Below, piece by piece: positions 50,213 through 61,441 of a stretch of DNA of 64,000 bases. This DNA is from Escherichia phage FL23: sequence record PP400787; one strand, written 5' to 3'. The stretch's first letter is position 1; every line of letters begins with the position of its first letter. Both the position numbers and the translations under genes were made by a program. The notes beneath the pieces were generated by a model that searched no databases, was not told the origin of the DNA, and saw nothing but the letters and a program-made list of their open reading frames with translations.

Positions 50213-51228
50213 TAATTGAGGCCTGAGTATAAGGTGACTTATACTTGTAATCTATCTAAACGGGGAACCTCTCTAGTAGACAATCCCGTGCTAAATTGTA
50301 GGACTGCCCTTTAATAAATACTTCTATATTTAAAGAGGTATTTATGAAAAGCGGAATTTATCAGATTAAAAATACTTTAAACAATAAAGTATATGTAGGA
50401 AGTGCTAAAGATTTTGAAAAGAGATGGAAGAGGCATTTTAAAGATTTAGAAAAAGGATGCCATTCTTCTATAAAGCTTCAGAGGTCTTTTAACAAACATG
50501 GTAATGTGTTTGAATGTTCTATTTTGGAAGAAATTCCATATGAGAAAGATTTGATTATTGAACGAGAAAATTTTTGGATTAAAGAGCTTAATTCTAAAAT
50601 TAATGGATACAATATTGCTGATGCAACGTTTGGTGATACATGTTCTACGCATCCATTAAAAGAAGAAATTATTAAGAAACGTTCTGAAACTGTTAAAGCT
50701 AAGATGCTTAAACTTGGACCTGATGGTCGGAAAGCTCTTTACAGTAAACCCGGAAGTAAAAACGGGCGTTGGAATCCAGAAACCCATAAGTTTTGTAAGT
50801 GCGGTGTTCGCATACAAACTTCTGCTTATACTTGTAGTAAATGCAGAAATCGTTCAGGTGAAAATAATTCATTCTTTAATCATAAGCATTCAGACATAAC
50901 TAAATCTAAAATATCAGAAAAGATGAAAGGTAAAAAGCCTAGTAATATTAAAAAGATTTCATGTGATGGGGTTATTTTTGATTGTGCAGCAGATGCAGCT
51001 AGACATTTTAAAATTTCGTCTGGATTAGTTACTTATCGTGTAAAATCTGATAAATGGAATTGGTTCTACATAAATGCCTAACGACTATCCCTTTGGGGAG
51101 TAGGGTCAAGTGACTCGAAACGATAGACAACTTGCTTTAACAAGTTGGAGATATAGTCTGATCTGCATGGTGACATGCAGCTGGATATAATTCCGGGGTA
51201 AGATTAACGACCTTATCTGAACATAATG
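50213..51228 (+). mobile_element. td group I self-splicing intron (1016 nt) carrying I-TevI
   Basis: 5' sequence matches the T4 td intron as recalled; ends ...ACATAATG before exon 2. Confidence 0.88.
50344..51081 (+). CDS. I-TevI: I-TevI GIY-YIG homing endonuclease, 245 aa
   Basis: MKSGIYQIKNTLNNKVYVGSAKDFEKRWKRH GIY-YIG motif; C-terminal zinc finger and DNA-binding domain. Confidence 0.92.
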   Translation: MKSGIYQIKNTLNNKVYVGSAKDFEKRWKRHFKDLEKGCHSSIKLQRSFNKHGNVFECSILEEIPYEKDLIIERENFWIKELNSKINGYNIADATFGDTCSTHPLKEEIIKKRSETVKAKMLKLGPDGRKALYSKPGSKNGRWNPETHKFCKCGVRIQTSAYTCSKCRNRSGENNSFFNHKHSDITKSKISEKMKGKKPSNIKKISCDGVIFDCAADAARHFKISSGLVTYRVKSDKWNWFYINA

Positions 51229-51540
51229 CTTCCATTTAATATTGCATCATATGCTGCGTTAGTTCATATTGTAGCTAAGATGTGTAATCTTATCCCAGGA
51301 GATTTGATATTTTCTGGTGGTAATACTCATATCTATATGAATCACGTAGAACAATGTAAAGAAATTTTACGTCGTGAGCCTAAAGAACTGTGCGAACTTA
51401 AAATTGATTGGCCTATAGAGTTTGAAAATTGTGACACCGAAACACAGCTTTACTGGTTAACTGAATACATGAAACCGAAAGATTTTATCCTTGAAAATTA
51501 TGAATCGCATCCGGCAATTAAAGGGAAAATGGCAATATGA
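51229..51540 (+). CDS. td: thymidylate synthase, exon 2 (103 codons)
   Basis: In-frame continuation [15 protein letters not shown]...; exon 1 + exon 2 = 286 aa. Confidence 0.9.
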   Translation, partial: LPFNIASYAALVHIVAKMCNLIPGDLIFSGGNTHIYMNHVEQCKEILRREPKELCELKIDWPIEFENCDTETQLYWLTEYMKPKDFILENYESHPAIKGKMAI

Positions 51541-51800
51541 TTTTACGATTTAAAGATACTTCTGGCGTTGTTCTTTTTACACTTCCTAACCCAAGCGAGT
51601 TAGAAGTTCCAGGACCAGAACAGCCTATTATCATTTATGGTAAAAAATATTATACTCATAAAATGACTCGTGAGTATTTTGATAATAAAATTTCCACAGT
51701 TAAAACTTCTTCAGATTGTTACTATGATATTACTGTATTAACGGAAAAACAATATGACGAATTATCAACGCGCGGGCCGTCTATGCCAGGTAGTGAATAA
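51537..51800 (+). CDS. hypothetical protein, 87 aa
   Basis: ATGA overlap with td stop. Confidence 0.5.
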   Translation: MILRFKDTSGVVLFTLPNPSELEVPGPEQPIIIYGKKYYTHKMTREYFDNKISTVKTSSDCYYDITVLTEKQYDELSTRGPSMPGSE

Positions 51801-52080
51801 ATATAAATCCGACTTTGATGTTAATATTCACCGTGGTACATTTTGGGGAAATTACGTCGGTAAAGATGCTGGCAGCCGGGAGGCTGCCATTGAATTATTC
51901 AAAAAAGATTTTATACGTCGAATTAAATCCGGAGAAATAACTAAAGCACATTTAGAGCCTTTACGTGGAATGAGGCTAGGATGCACATGTAAACCAAAGC
52001 CGTGTCATGGTGATATAATAGCTCATATAGTTAACCGATTGTTTAAAGACGATTTTCAAGTTGAGGACTTATGCAATTAA
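51754..52080 (+). CDS. hypothetical protein, 108 aa
   Basis: ORF; overlaps both neighbours. Confidence 0.5.
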   Translation: MTNYQRAGRLCQVVNKYKSDFDVNIHRGTFWGNYVGKDAGSREAAIELFKKDFIRRIKSGEITKAHLEPLRGMRLGCTCKPKPCHGDIIAHIVNRLFKDDFQVEDLCN

Positions 52081-53504
52081 TTAATGTTATCAAAAGTAGT
52101 GGTGTTTCTCAGAGCTTTGACCCGCAAAAAATTATTAAAGTTTTATCTTGGGCAGCTGAGGGAACATCAGTAGATCCTTATGAATTATATGAAAATATTA
52201 AATCATATCTCCGTGATGGAATGACCACTGATGATATTCAGACTATTGTCATTAAGGCCGCTGCGAATTCTATTTCGGTTGAAGAACCTGATTATCAATA
52301 TGTAGCTGCACGCTGTTTAATGTTTGCTCTTCGTAAGCATGTTTATGGGCAGTATGAACCACGTTCATTTATTGACCATATTTCTTACTGTGTAAATGAA
52401 GGTAAATATGACCCTGAATTATTGTCAAAATATTCAGCAGAAGAAATTACATTTTTAGAATCAAAAATTAAGCACGAACGGGATATGGAATTTACTTATT
52501 CCGGGGCGATGCAATTAAAAGAAAAATATCTAGTTAAAGATAAAACCACTGGTCAAATTTATGAAACTCCGCAGTTTGCATTTATGACTATTGGAATGGC
52601 ACTGCATCAAGATGAACCTGTTGACAGATTAAAACATGTTATTCGTTTTTATGAAGCAGTATCTACTCGACAGATTTCACTGCCAACTCCTATTATGGCT
52701 GGTTGCCGTACTCCAACTCGACAGTTTAGTTCATGCGTTGTTATTGAAGCAGGTGATTCGCTGAAGTCTATCAATAAGGCTTCTGCTTCAATTGTTGAGT
52801 ATATTTCTAAACGAGCTGGAATTGGCATTAACGTTGGTATGATTCGTGCTGAAGGTTCTAAGATTGGCACAGGTGAAGTGCGTCATACTGGCGTTATTCC
52901 TTTTTGGAAACATTTTCAGACTGCTGTTAAATCATGCTCACAGGGTGGAATTCGTGGCGGCGCTGCTACTGCTTATTATCCTATTTGGCATTTGGAAGTT
53001 GAAAATCTTCTCGTTTTGAAAAATAACAAAGGCGTAGAAGAAAACCGTATCCGTCATATGGATTATGGCGTCCAGCTGAATGATTTGATGATGGAACGTT
53101 TTGGAAAGAACGACTACATCACTTTGTTCAGTCCACATGAAATGGGTGGCGAACTTTATTATTCTTATTTTAAAGACCAAGACCGTTTCCGTGAATTGTA
53201 CGAAGCAGCAGAAAAAGACCCTAATATTCGTAAAAAGCGTATTAAAGCTCGTGAACTATTTGAATTGCTCATGACTGAACGTTCAGGAACAGCAAGGATT
53301 TATGTACAGTTCATTGATAATACGAATAACTATACTCCGTTTATTCGTGAAAAGGCGCCTATTCGTCAGAGTAACTTGTGCTGTGAAATTGCTATTCCAA
53401 CAAATGATGTGAATAGCCAACAAACCCGTTTAATCAAAATTAAGAAGTCGGATGTAGCTAAGTTTTATGAAGCTAATCCTGGCGGTATAATTCAAAGCAA
53501 ATAA
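52071..53504 (+). CDS. nrdA: ribonucleotide reductase alpha subunit, N-terminal fragment (NrdA-a), 477 aa
   Basis: Class Ia RNR alpha homology through active-site NLCCEIAIPTNDV, then ~30 unrelated codons and stop. Confidence 0.85.
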   Translation: MQLINVIKSSGVSQSFDPQKIIKVLSWAAEGTSVDPYELYENIKSYLRDGMTTDDIQTIVIKAAANSISVEEPDYQYVAARCLMFALRKHVYGQYEPRSFIDHISYCVNEGKYDPELLSKYSAEEITFLESKIKHERDMEFTYSGAMQLKEKYLVKDKTTGQIYETPQFAFMTIGMALHQDEPVDRLKHVIRFYEAVSTRQISLPTPIMAGCRTPTRQFSSCVVIEAGDSLKSINKASASIVEYISKRAGIGINVGMIRAEGSKIGTGEVRHTGVIPFWKHFQTAVKSCSQGGIRGGAATAYYPIWHLEVENLLVLKNNKGVEENRIRHMDYGVQLNDLMMERFGKNDYITLFSPHEMGGELYYSYFKDQDRFRELYEAAEKDPNIRKKRIKARELFELLMTERSGTARIYVQFIDNTNNYTPFIREKAPIRQSNLCCEIAIPTNDVNSQQTRLIKIKKSDVAKFYEANPGGIIQSK

Positions 53505-53549
53505 AGTACACAGACCGTTAATAAATAATCCATAACAAGAGGAAAAGTT

Positions 53550-54260
53550 ATGGATTATTTTAAAATTTACAATAACCTTATTTCTAAAGCTAAGAATAGA
53601 AAATTAGATTGCTATACCGAATCACACCATATTATACCTCTGTGTATTGGTGGTTCTGATACAAAGGAAAACCTGGTAGATTTGACACCAGAAGAGCATT
53701 ACATAGCTCATCAATTATTAGTAAAGATATATCCAGATAATCATAAATTGATATTTGCCGCTAATATGATGTGTGTTTATTCTAAAGATAATATTGAACG
53801 AAAGAACACCAATAAACGCCATGGGTGGCTTAGAAGAAAATTGGCTATTTCTGTATCTGAAAATAATAAAGGCAAACCAGCTTGGAACAAAGGTATTCCT
53901 ATGTCTCCAGAAGTTAAATCTCGACTTCAAACATCTTGGGTGTTTACATTTCCGGATGGTCATGAGGAAATTCATCGAGGTCTTAACGAATTTTGTAAAG
54001 AGCATAATTTAAATCCATCTGCAATGTCAGCCGTTTGTAAAGGTAAACGGTCGCATCACAAAGGATTTAAGTGTAAGAAATTGGATAAGATTTCAGAGCT
54101 TGATAATTTAGTTTTCGTCAGTAAACCTCATCCAAAGGGATTAAAACCCCATAACTTAATTGCTGTAAAAATAAACGGTATAGAATATCAATCAATACAT
54201 CGAGCATCTAAAGCTTTAGGAATTACTAGAAAAAAGGTAGAAGAATTAAATGAATATTGA
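53550..54260 (+). CDS. HNH homing endonuclease (Mob-like) inserted within nrdA, 236 aa
   Basis: HNH motif ESHHIIP...KENLV...EEHYIAH; C-terminal NUMOD-like motifs (GKPAWNKG, IEYQSIHRASKALGI). Confidence 0.8.
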   Translation: MDYFKIYNNLISKAKNRKLDCYTESHHIIPLCIGGSDTKENLVDLTPEEHYIAHQLLVKIYPDNHKLIFAANMMCVYSKDNIERKNTNKRHGWLRRKLAISVSENNKGKPAWNKGIPMSPEVKSRLQTSWVFTFPDGHEEIHRGLNEFCKEHNLNPSAMSAVCKGKRSHHKGFKCKKLDKISELDNLVFVSKPHPKGLKPHNLIAVKINGIEYQSIHRASKALGITRKKVEELNEY

Positions 54261-55239
54261 TTATGAATTTGTAGATGAATTTTACGAAGATGATGAGTAT
54301 ACTACAATAAAAGTTATTGAAAACAAGGGAGAAGTGGGGCTTTGTACTCTCTCTGCATTCGTACTAGATAATTTTGACTGGCAAGACCAAGATAAAATTA
54401 ATGAATTGGCAGAAGTTCAAGTTCGTGCTCTTGATAATCTTTTGGATTACCAAGGATATCCAGTTCCTGAAGCAGAAAAAGCTAAAAAGCGTCGTAACCT
54501 TGGTGTAGGTGTTACTAACTATGCAGCTTGGCTGGCAAGTAACTTTGCTTCTTATGAAGATGCTAACGATTTAACACATGAACTATTTGAGAGATTACAG
54601 TATGGACTCATTAAAGCATCCATTAAGCTCGCCAAAGAAAAAGGACCTTGCGAATATTATTCAGACACTCGTTGGTCTCGAGGCGAACTACCTATCGACT
54701 GGTACAATAAAAAGATTGACCAAATCGCAGCTCCAAAATACGTTTGTGACTGGTCGTCGCTGCGGGAAGACCTTAAGCTCTTTGGCATCCGTAATAGCAC
54801 ATTATCAGCACTTATGCCATGTGAGTCATCTTCCCAAGTTTCTAACAGTACAAACGGTATCGAGCCTCCACGTGGACCGGTAAGTGTTAAAGAATCAAAA
54901 GAGGGTTCATTTAATCAAGTTGTTCCGAATATTGAGCATAACATAGACCTTTACGACTATACATGGAAATTAGCTAAGAAAGGTAATAAACCTTATCTTA
55001 CGCAGGTAGCTATTATGCTGAAATGGGTATGTCAATCGGCTTCAGCGAATACATATTATGACCCACAGATTTTTCCAAAAGGAAAGGTTCCAATGTCAAT
55101 AATGATTGATGATATGCTATACGGATGGTATTATGGCATTAAAAATTTCTATTATCATAATACCCGCGATGGTTCTGGTACTGATGATTATGAAATAGAA
55201 ACTCCAAAAGCAGATGATTGTTCATCCTGTAAATTATGA
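54250..55239 (+). CDS. nrdA: ribonucleotide reductase alpha subunit, C-terminal fragment (NrdA-b), 329 aa
   Basis: From GEVGLCTLSAF colinear with NrdA C-terminal half to the CxxC tail; own ATG overlapping the HNH stop. Confidence 0.85.
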   Translation: MNIDYEFVDEFYEDDEYTTIKVIENKGEVGLCTLSAFVLDNFDWQDQDKINELAEVQVRALDNLLDYQGYPVPEAEKAKKRRNLGVGVTNYAAWLASNFASYEDANDLTHELFERLQYGLIKASIKLAKEKGPCEYYSDTRWSRGELPIDWYNKKIDQIAAPKYVCDWSSLREDLKLFGIRNSTLSALMPCESSSQVSNSTNGIEPPRGPVSVKESKEGSFNQVVPNIEHNIDLYDYTWKLAKKGNKPYLTQVAIMLKWVCQSASANTYYDPQIFPKGKVPMSIMIDDMLYGWYYGIKNFYYHNTRDGSGTDDYEIETPKADDCSSCKL

Positions 55240-56848
55240 TATAATTACCACAAGGATGTGGTTAACTAAGAATAACGCTATGTTTGATAATATATACAAA
55301 AACGGAAAGTTTCTTCCATTTGGAGAAGAAAAACTTAAATCTAGACTAACAGAAGAAGATAAAGCTCTTCTAACTGATGGAATAGATTTTAAGCTCAATG
55401 TGTTCCAAATTATGGAAGGCATTGACATTAACGATCTAAAATGTGCAGTTTGTGGAAATTTCATTTCTCTGAAAACGGCAAAGAAACGTGTATTTCCAGC
55501 AACATGTAGTAAATCCTGCGCAGGGATATTTTTCGCGGATAAGAGAATTCAAAGCCGTGATACAAATTTTGGCGGAAAAGAAAAATATAAAAAATATTTG
55601 TCTGAACTTCAACGCAAAAATTCTTTAGAAAAATATGGAACAACTCATCAAAAAATTTCAAGAAATAAAAATAGAAAAACTTTAATTGAACGATATGGGG
55701 TAACGCATAATTCACAATTAGAAAGTGTGAAAGAAGCGAGAAAAGTTATAGAAAACGGTAAATCAGTTGATATTCTGAATTCTAGAAAATCTCGCGAAAA
55801 ATCTAAGAAGACTAAATTAAATTGGACTGAAGAATATAAGGCATCGTTATATTCATCTATAGGAAAATCTATTAAAAATAACGGTCATATTAATCATGAT
55901 ATACTAGATAAAATCAATTACAAAATTTCTATAGAAGAACTACAACAATTAGCAAATTGTTCTCGGATGACGGCTTATAGAGCTCTTTCATCCAAAGGAC
56001 TAATTGACGTTCATTATACTCAAAGTTCTATAGAGCAATTCATTTTAGATCTAGGATTTGATTGCGTAGAAACTAGAAAAATTATTCCTCCGTATGAATT
56101 AGATATTTACATTCCTGAGAAAAAATTGGCTATAGAATACGATGGAATTTATTGGCATTCTAGCGGGTCAAAGGAAACAGATAAAATTAAAGAAACTTAT
56201 CATTTGATGAAGACAGAGATGTGTGAAGCACAAGGAATTCAATTACTTCACATCTTCGAAAATGAATGGATTGATGATACAAAAAGAGAGATCTGGAAAT
56301 CCATTATAAAGCATAAATTAGGATTATCAGAAAGAATACCAGCCCGAAAATGCAAAGCGCGTTTTGTTAATAAGGATGAGGCAAAAGAATTTATTAATAA
56401 GAATCATCTTCAAGGATTTTGCTCGGGAGCTCATACGTATAAAGGACTTTATTACAATAATGAGTTAGTTCAAATTATTTCTATCGGTAAATCTAGATAT
56501 AGCTCAGGTGATGAACTTTTAAGGATGTGTTCAAAATTAGGGATTTGTGTTGTAGGAGGAGCCTCAAAATTATTAAAAGGAATTAATTGTCTATCTTATG
56601 GCAATCGAAGATGGTGCAGTACATTATCAAATGTTTATGACTCTGTCATGGAATTTAGTCATATCTCTGAGCCGTGTTATTGGTATGTCGATAAAGGAGA
56701 GGTATTTCACCGCTCGAGCTATATGAAACATAAGCTTAAAAACAAGCTTAAAAATTATGATGATACAATAACTGAAGTAGAAAATTGTTATGCAAATGGT
56801 CTTAGAAGAATCTGGGACTGTGGAAATTTAGTTTACAGGACAAAATAA
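55214..56848 (+). CDS. large putative nuclease: Zn ribbon, YG-TH repeats, Vsr/DUF559-like PD-(D/E)xK core and uncharacterised C-terminal domain (up to 544 aa; likely start 55256 or 55280)
   Basis: Motifs CAVCGNF...CSKSC, EKYGTTH/ERYGVTHNSQ repeats, YELDIYIPEKKLAIEYDGIYWHS...GIQLLHIFENEW. Confidence 0.6.
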   Translation: MIVHPVNYDIITTRMWLTKNNAMFDNIYKNGKFLPFGEEKLKSRLTEEDKALLTDGIDFKLNVFQIMEGIDINDLKCAVCGNFISLKTAKKRVFPATCSKSCAGIFFADKRIQSRDTNFGGKEKYKKYLSELQRKNSLEKYGTTHQKISRNKNRKTLIERYGVTHNSQLESVKEARKVIENGKSVDILNSRKSREKSKKTKLNWTEEYKASLYSSIGKSIKNNGHINHDILDKINYKISIEELQQLANCSRMTAYRALSSKGLIDVHYTQSSIEQFILDLGFDCVETRKIIPPYELDIYIPEKKLAIEYDGIYWHSSGSKETDKIKETYHLMKTEMCEAQGIQLLHIFENEWIDDTKREIWKSIIKHKLGLSERIPARKCKARFVNKDEAKEFINKNHLQGFCSGAHTYKGLYYNNELVQIISIGKSRYSSGDELLRMCSKLGICVVGGASKLLKGINCLSYGNRRWCSTLSNVYDSVMEFSHISEPCYWYVDKGEVFHRSSYMKHKLKNKLKNYDDTITEVENCYANGLRRIWDCGNLVYRTK

Positions 56849-57523
56849 TGAGTACAGTTTTTAATACTAAACAGGTCGATGTTTTAAAAGAACCTATGTT
56901 TTTTGGTTCAGGTCTTGGTATTGCGCGTTATGATATTCAACGGCATCGAGTATTTGAAGAACTTATTGAACGTCAGCTCTCGTTTTTCTGGCGTCCTGAA
57001 GAAGTAAACTTGATGATGGATGCTGCACAGTTTAATAAGCTTCCTCAGTATCAACAAAATATTTTTACTAATAATCTGAAGTATCAATCATTACTTGATA
57101 GTATTCAAGGTCGTGCGCCGTCTGCTGTACTTATGCCATTGCTTTCAGACCCAAGCCTTGATACATGGGTTGCTACATGGACTTTTAGTGAAACTATTCA
57201 CAGTCGTTCATATACTCATATCATGCGAAATCTTTATACTGATCCGTCAAAGGTATTTGATGAGATTGTATTAGATGAAGCTATTATGAAACGTGCTGAA
57301 TCTATCGGTCGTTATTATGATGATGTTCTGACTAAAACCCGTGAATGGGAAAATGCTAAAGAATTTGTAGAACTAGCTAAAGAATCTCCTGATGCCGACT
57401 TTCGTTTAAACCGAGCTATTAAACAAGAAGCCGAAGCTAAACGTGCTTTAATGAAATCTCTTTACCTCTGTTTGCACGTTATTAATGCCTTAGAAGCTAT
57501 TCGTTTTTATGTATCTTTTGCGT
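56848..57523 (+). CDS. nrdB: ribonucleotide reductase beta subunit, exon 1
   Basis: NrdB homology to ...IRFYVSFA; frame is then interrupted; junction assigned so the split codon T|GT gives the conserved Cys. Confidence 0.85.
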
Positions 57524-58115
57524 AAAATGCGCCTTTAAACGGTAACGTTTATCGAAAACTCCTTTAATTGCTGGAAAGTCCTTTATAGGAAAACTAGCAG
57601 CCAAGGTTTTGCTTGCACCTTTAATTAGTATAATATGATTATACTTTTAAGAGGATGCACAATTGAACTATAGAAAAATTTGGATAGATGCTAACGGACC
57701 TACCTAAAGATTCTGATGGAAGACCATAAGAAAAGAACATCAGCAAAAACATTAGAAATGGTTAAGAATGGGACCCATCCTGCACAAAAAGAAATCACAT
57801 GTGATTTCTGCGGTCACATTGGTAAAGGTCCTGGATTTTATCTAAAACATAATGACAGATGTAAATTAAATCCAAATAGAATTCAATTGAATTGTCCATA
57901 TTGTGATAAGAAAGATTTATCACCATCAACATATAAACGATGGCACGGCGACAATTGCAAAGCAAGGTTCAACGACTAGTCTTCGGACGTAGGGTCAAGC
58001 GACTCGAAATGGGGAGAATCCCTCTGGGATTGTGATATAGTCTGGTCTGCATAGTAATATGTAGCAGTTCATAAGAGAACGGGTTGAGAATTAGCGAGCT
58101 CAATCGAACATAACG
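57524..58115 (+). mobile_element. nrdB group I intron (~592 nt) with truncated endonuclease ORF
   Basis: Non-coding insertion at the position of the T4 nrdB intron; 3' end ...GAACATAACG parallels td intron 3' end; boundaries approximate. Confidence 0.75.
57716..57979 (+). CDS. I-TevIII-like remnant (Cys-rich DNA-binding part, no HNH domain), 87 aa
   Basis: CDFCGH...CPYCDKK...C zinc-finger motifs only; inside the nrdB intron. Confidence 0.5.
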   Translation: MEDHKKRTSAKTLEMVKNGTHPAQKEITCDFCGHIGKGPGFYLKHNDRCKLNPNRIQLNCPYCDKKDLSPSTYKRWHGDNCKARFND

Positions 58116-58618
58116 GTACCTTTAACTTCCATAAAAACATGGAAATCATGGAAGGTAATGCCAAGATTATGAAGTTCATTGCACGTGATGAGCAGCTTCA
58201 TCTTAAAGGTACACAATATATTATTCGTCAACTTCAATCTGGTACTGATGGCGATGAATGGGTTAAAATTGCTCAAGAGTGCGAGCAAGAAGCAGTTGAT
58301 ATTTTCATGGAAGTTAACCGCCAAGAAAAAGATTGGGCAGTTCATTTATTTAAAGATGGCGATGTTCCTGGATTAAATACAAATAGCATGTGGAGCTTTA
58401 TTGATTACTTAACTGTATCTCGTATGAAACAGTGTGGTCTTCCATGCCCAATTACCGATGCTCCGGTTAAACACCCATATCCTTGGATTCGTGAATATCT
58501 TAATTCTGATAATGTTCAATCCGCGCCACAAGAAGTAGAACTGTCATCTTACCTTGTTGCGCAGATTGATAATGATGTTGATGATAAAGTTATGATGAGT
58601 TTTAAAAAATACTTTTAA
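58116..58618 (+). CDS. nrdB: ribonucleotide reductase beta subunit, exon 2
   Basis: Continues ...TFNFHKNMEIMEGNAKIMKFIARDEQLHL, colinear with NrdB. Confidence 0.85.
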
Positions 58619-58623
58619 GGAGT

Positions 58624-58643
58624 GGGCCGCAAGGCCCATTTTA
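58624..58643 (+). terminator. hairpin after nrdB
   Basis: gggcc-gcaa-ggccc followed by ATTTTATT. Confidence 0.55.
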
Positions 58644-58645
58644 TT

Positions 58646-60233
<1,588 letters not shown>

Positions 60234-60236
60234 GCT

Positions 60237-60266
60237 GTTTACAAGTCCCTCGTGTTGTGTTATAGT
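60237..60266 (+). promoter_or_regulatory. T4-type early promoter
   Basis: gtttacaagtccctcgtgttgtgttatagt. Confidence 0.5.
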
Positions 60267-60297
60267 AGTCTTACTGACATAACATGAGGACTTTATG

Positions 60298-60801
60298 ATG
60301 GATTTACAACTTATTACTACTGAAATGGTCGTTGAAGCATACGGTGATACTACAGATGGGATTTCTGTATTCAAAGGAAATCGTCGAGTTGGATATATCA
60401 CCGATCTTAAGAAAGATTTAGCTAAGCAAGTCAAGCGGAAAACGACCATTAAAGAATATCGAAATCGTCGTCTTGAGCAAGCCCGTGATATGCTTCCTGA
60501 TGCGGTTGAAGAGATGAAAGTCTTTTTAGAAAATCAACTCGCTAAGTATGAGTGCGAAGTATTCATTAATCAGACTCAACCCAATGTTCATATCAATAGC
60601 TGCAAATGCTACATTATTGTTAATCCTTTGACGGGAAAGCATCGTCTTGGAATTAGTAATCCAAATCGTAGTGCATCGGATATGGCAGAAGATGTTGAGG
60701 CATGCTTTAAAATTTCTAAATCTCCAGCTGAACATCATATTTTAATTAACGGTCTTTCTCAAGACGATATTATAGAGGTTATTAAAACTTTATGCAATTA
60801 A
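60298..60801 (+). CDS. alc: Alc (host transcription unfoldase/terminator), 167 aa (alternative start 60295)
   Basis: Size and position after rnlA. Confidence 0.7.
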   Translation: MDLQLITTEMVVEAYGDTTDGISVFKGNRRVGYITDLKKDLAKQVKRKTTIKEYRNRRLEQARDMLPDAVEEMKVFLENQLAKYECEVFINQTQPNVHINSCKCYIIVNPLTGKHRLGISNPNRSASDMAEDVEACFKISKSPAEHHILINGLSQDDIIEVIKTLCN

Positions 60802-61145
60802 GTAATACAACAGCTGGATTGCTATTACTTGTAATAGCATTTGGCGGAACATCTATTATTTTAAAAAATAAGGTAGAAAGATTAGAAACATCAGTTACTG
60901 AAATTACAAAAACGGCCAATGAAAACGCCTTAGCATTAAATAATTTGCGAATTCAGTATAATTATATTGATGCGATGAATAATAAAAATCGTGAGGCAAT
61001 TGCTGCTATTGAGCGTGAAAATGAAAAACTGCGCAAAGACGCAAAGAAGGCGGATGTGGTGGCTCATAAGCCAGGATTGGTTGAAAAACAAATCAACAAC
61101 TCCTTCAACAAGTTCGCAGAAGACATCCAGGACCTTTCTAAATGA
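60792..61145 (+). CDS. i-spanin candidate (PseT.3-like), 117 aa
   Basis: N-terminal TMD then coiled-coil-like region; next gene is a lipoprotein. Confidence 0.6.
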   Translation: MQLSNTTAGLLLLVIAFGGTSIILKNKVERLETSVTEITKTANENALALNNLRIQYNYIDAMNNKNREAIAAIERENEKLRKDAKKADVVAHKPGLVEKQINNSFNKFAEDIQDLSK

Positions 61146-61441
61146 TTAAACTATCAGCAGTAATATTATCTATTGGTCTTCTAGTTGGTTGTTCGACAAA
61201 GCCTCTAGAAGTAAAGAAAGAAACAGTTCATCCTAATTGGCCAGTACAAATAAAGTCATACGATGAAGCTAAACTATCCTGGCAAGTTAAAGTTATTGAT
61301 GGTAAAGCTTGGGTCGGTATGCCATTTGAAGATTCCCAGGAATTTCGCATTTGGCTTAATGATGTAAAACGATATGTACATGATCAGAAAACTATGATAT
61401 GTTATTATCGTCAAGAGTTAAAAGAGGATAAATGCAAATGA
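61142..61441 (+). CDS. o-spanin candidate (PseT.2-like outer-membrane lipoprotein), 99 aa
   Basis: Lipobox LLVGC in signal peptide; ATGA overlap with preceding gene. Confidence 0.6.
   Translation: MIKLSAVILSIGLLVGCSTKPLEVKKETVHPNWPVQIKSYDEAKLSWQVKVIDGKAWVGMPFEDSQEFRIWLNDVKRYVHDQKTMICYYRQELKEDKCK

Noticed and set aside
53412-54327. Group I intron in nrdA
   Set aside because: The HNH ORF fills nearly the whole insertion; there is no room for a ribozyme core on the 3' side, and the downstream fragment has its own ATG overlapping the HNH stop. Splicing remains formally possible and is listed as a test
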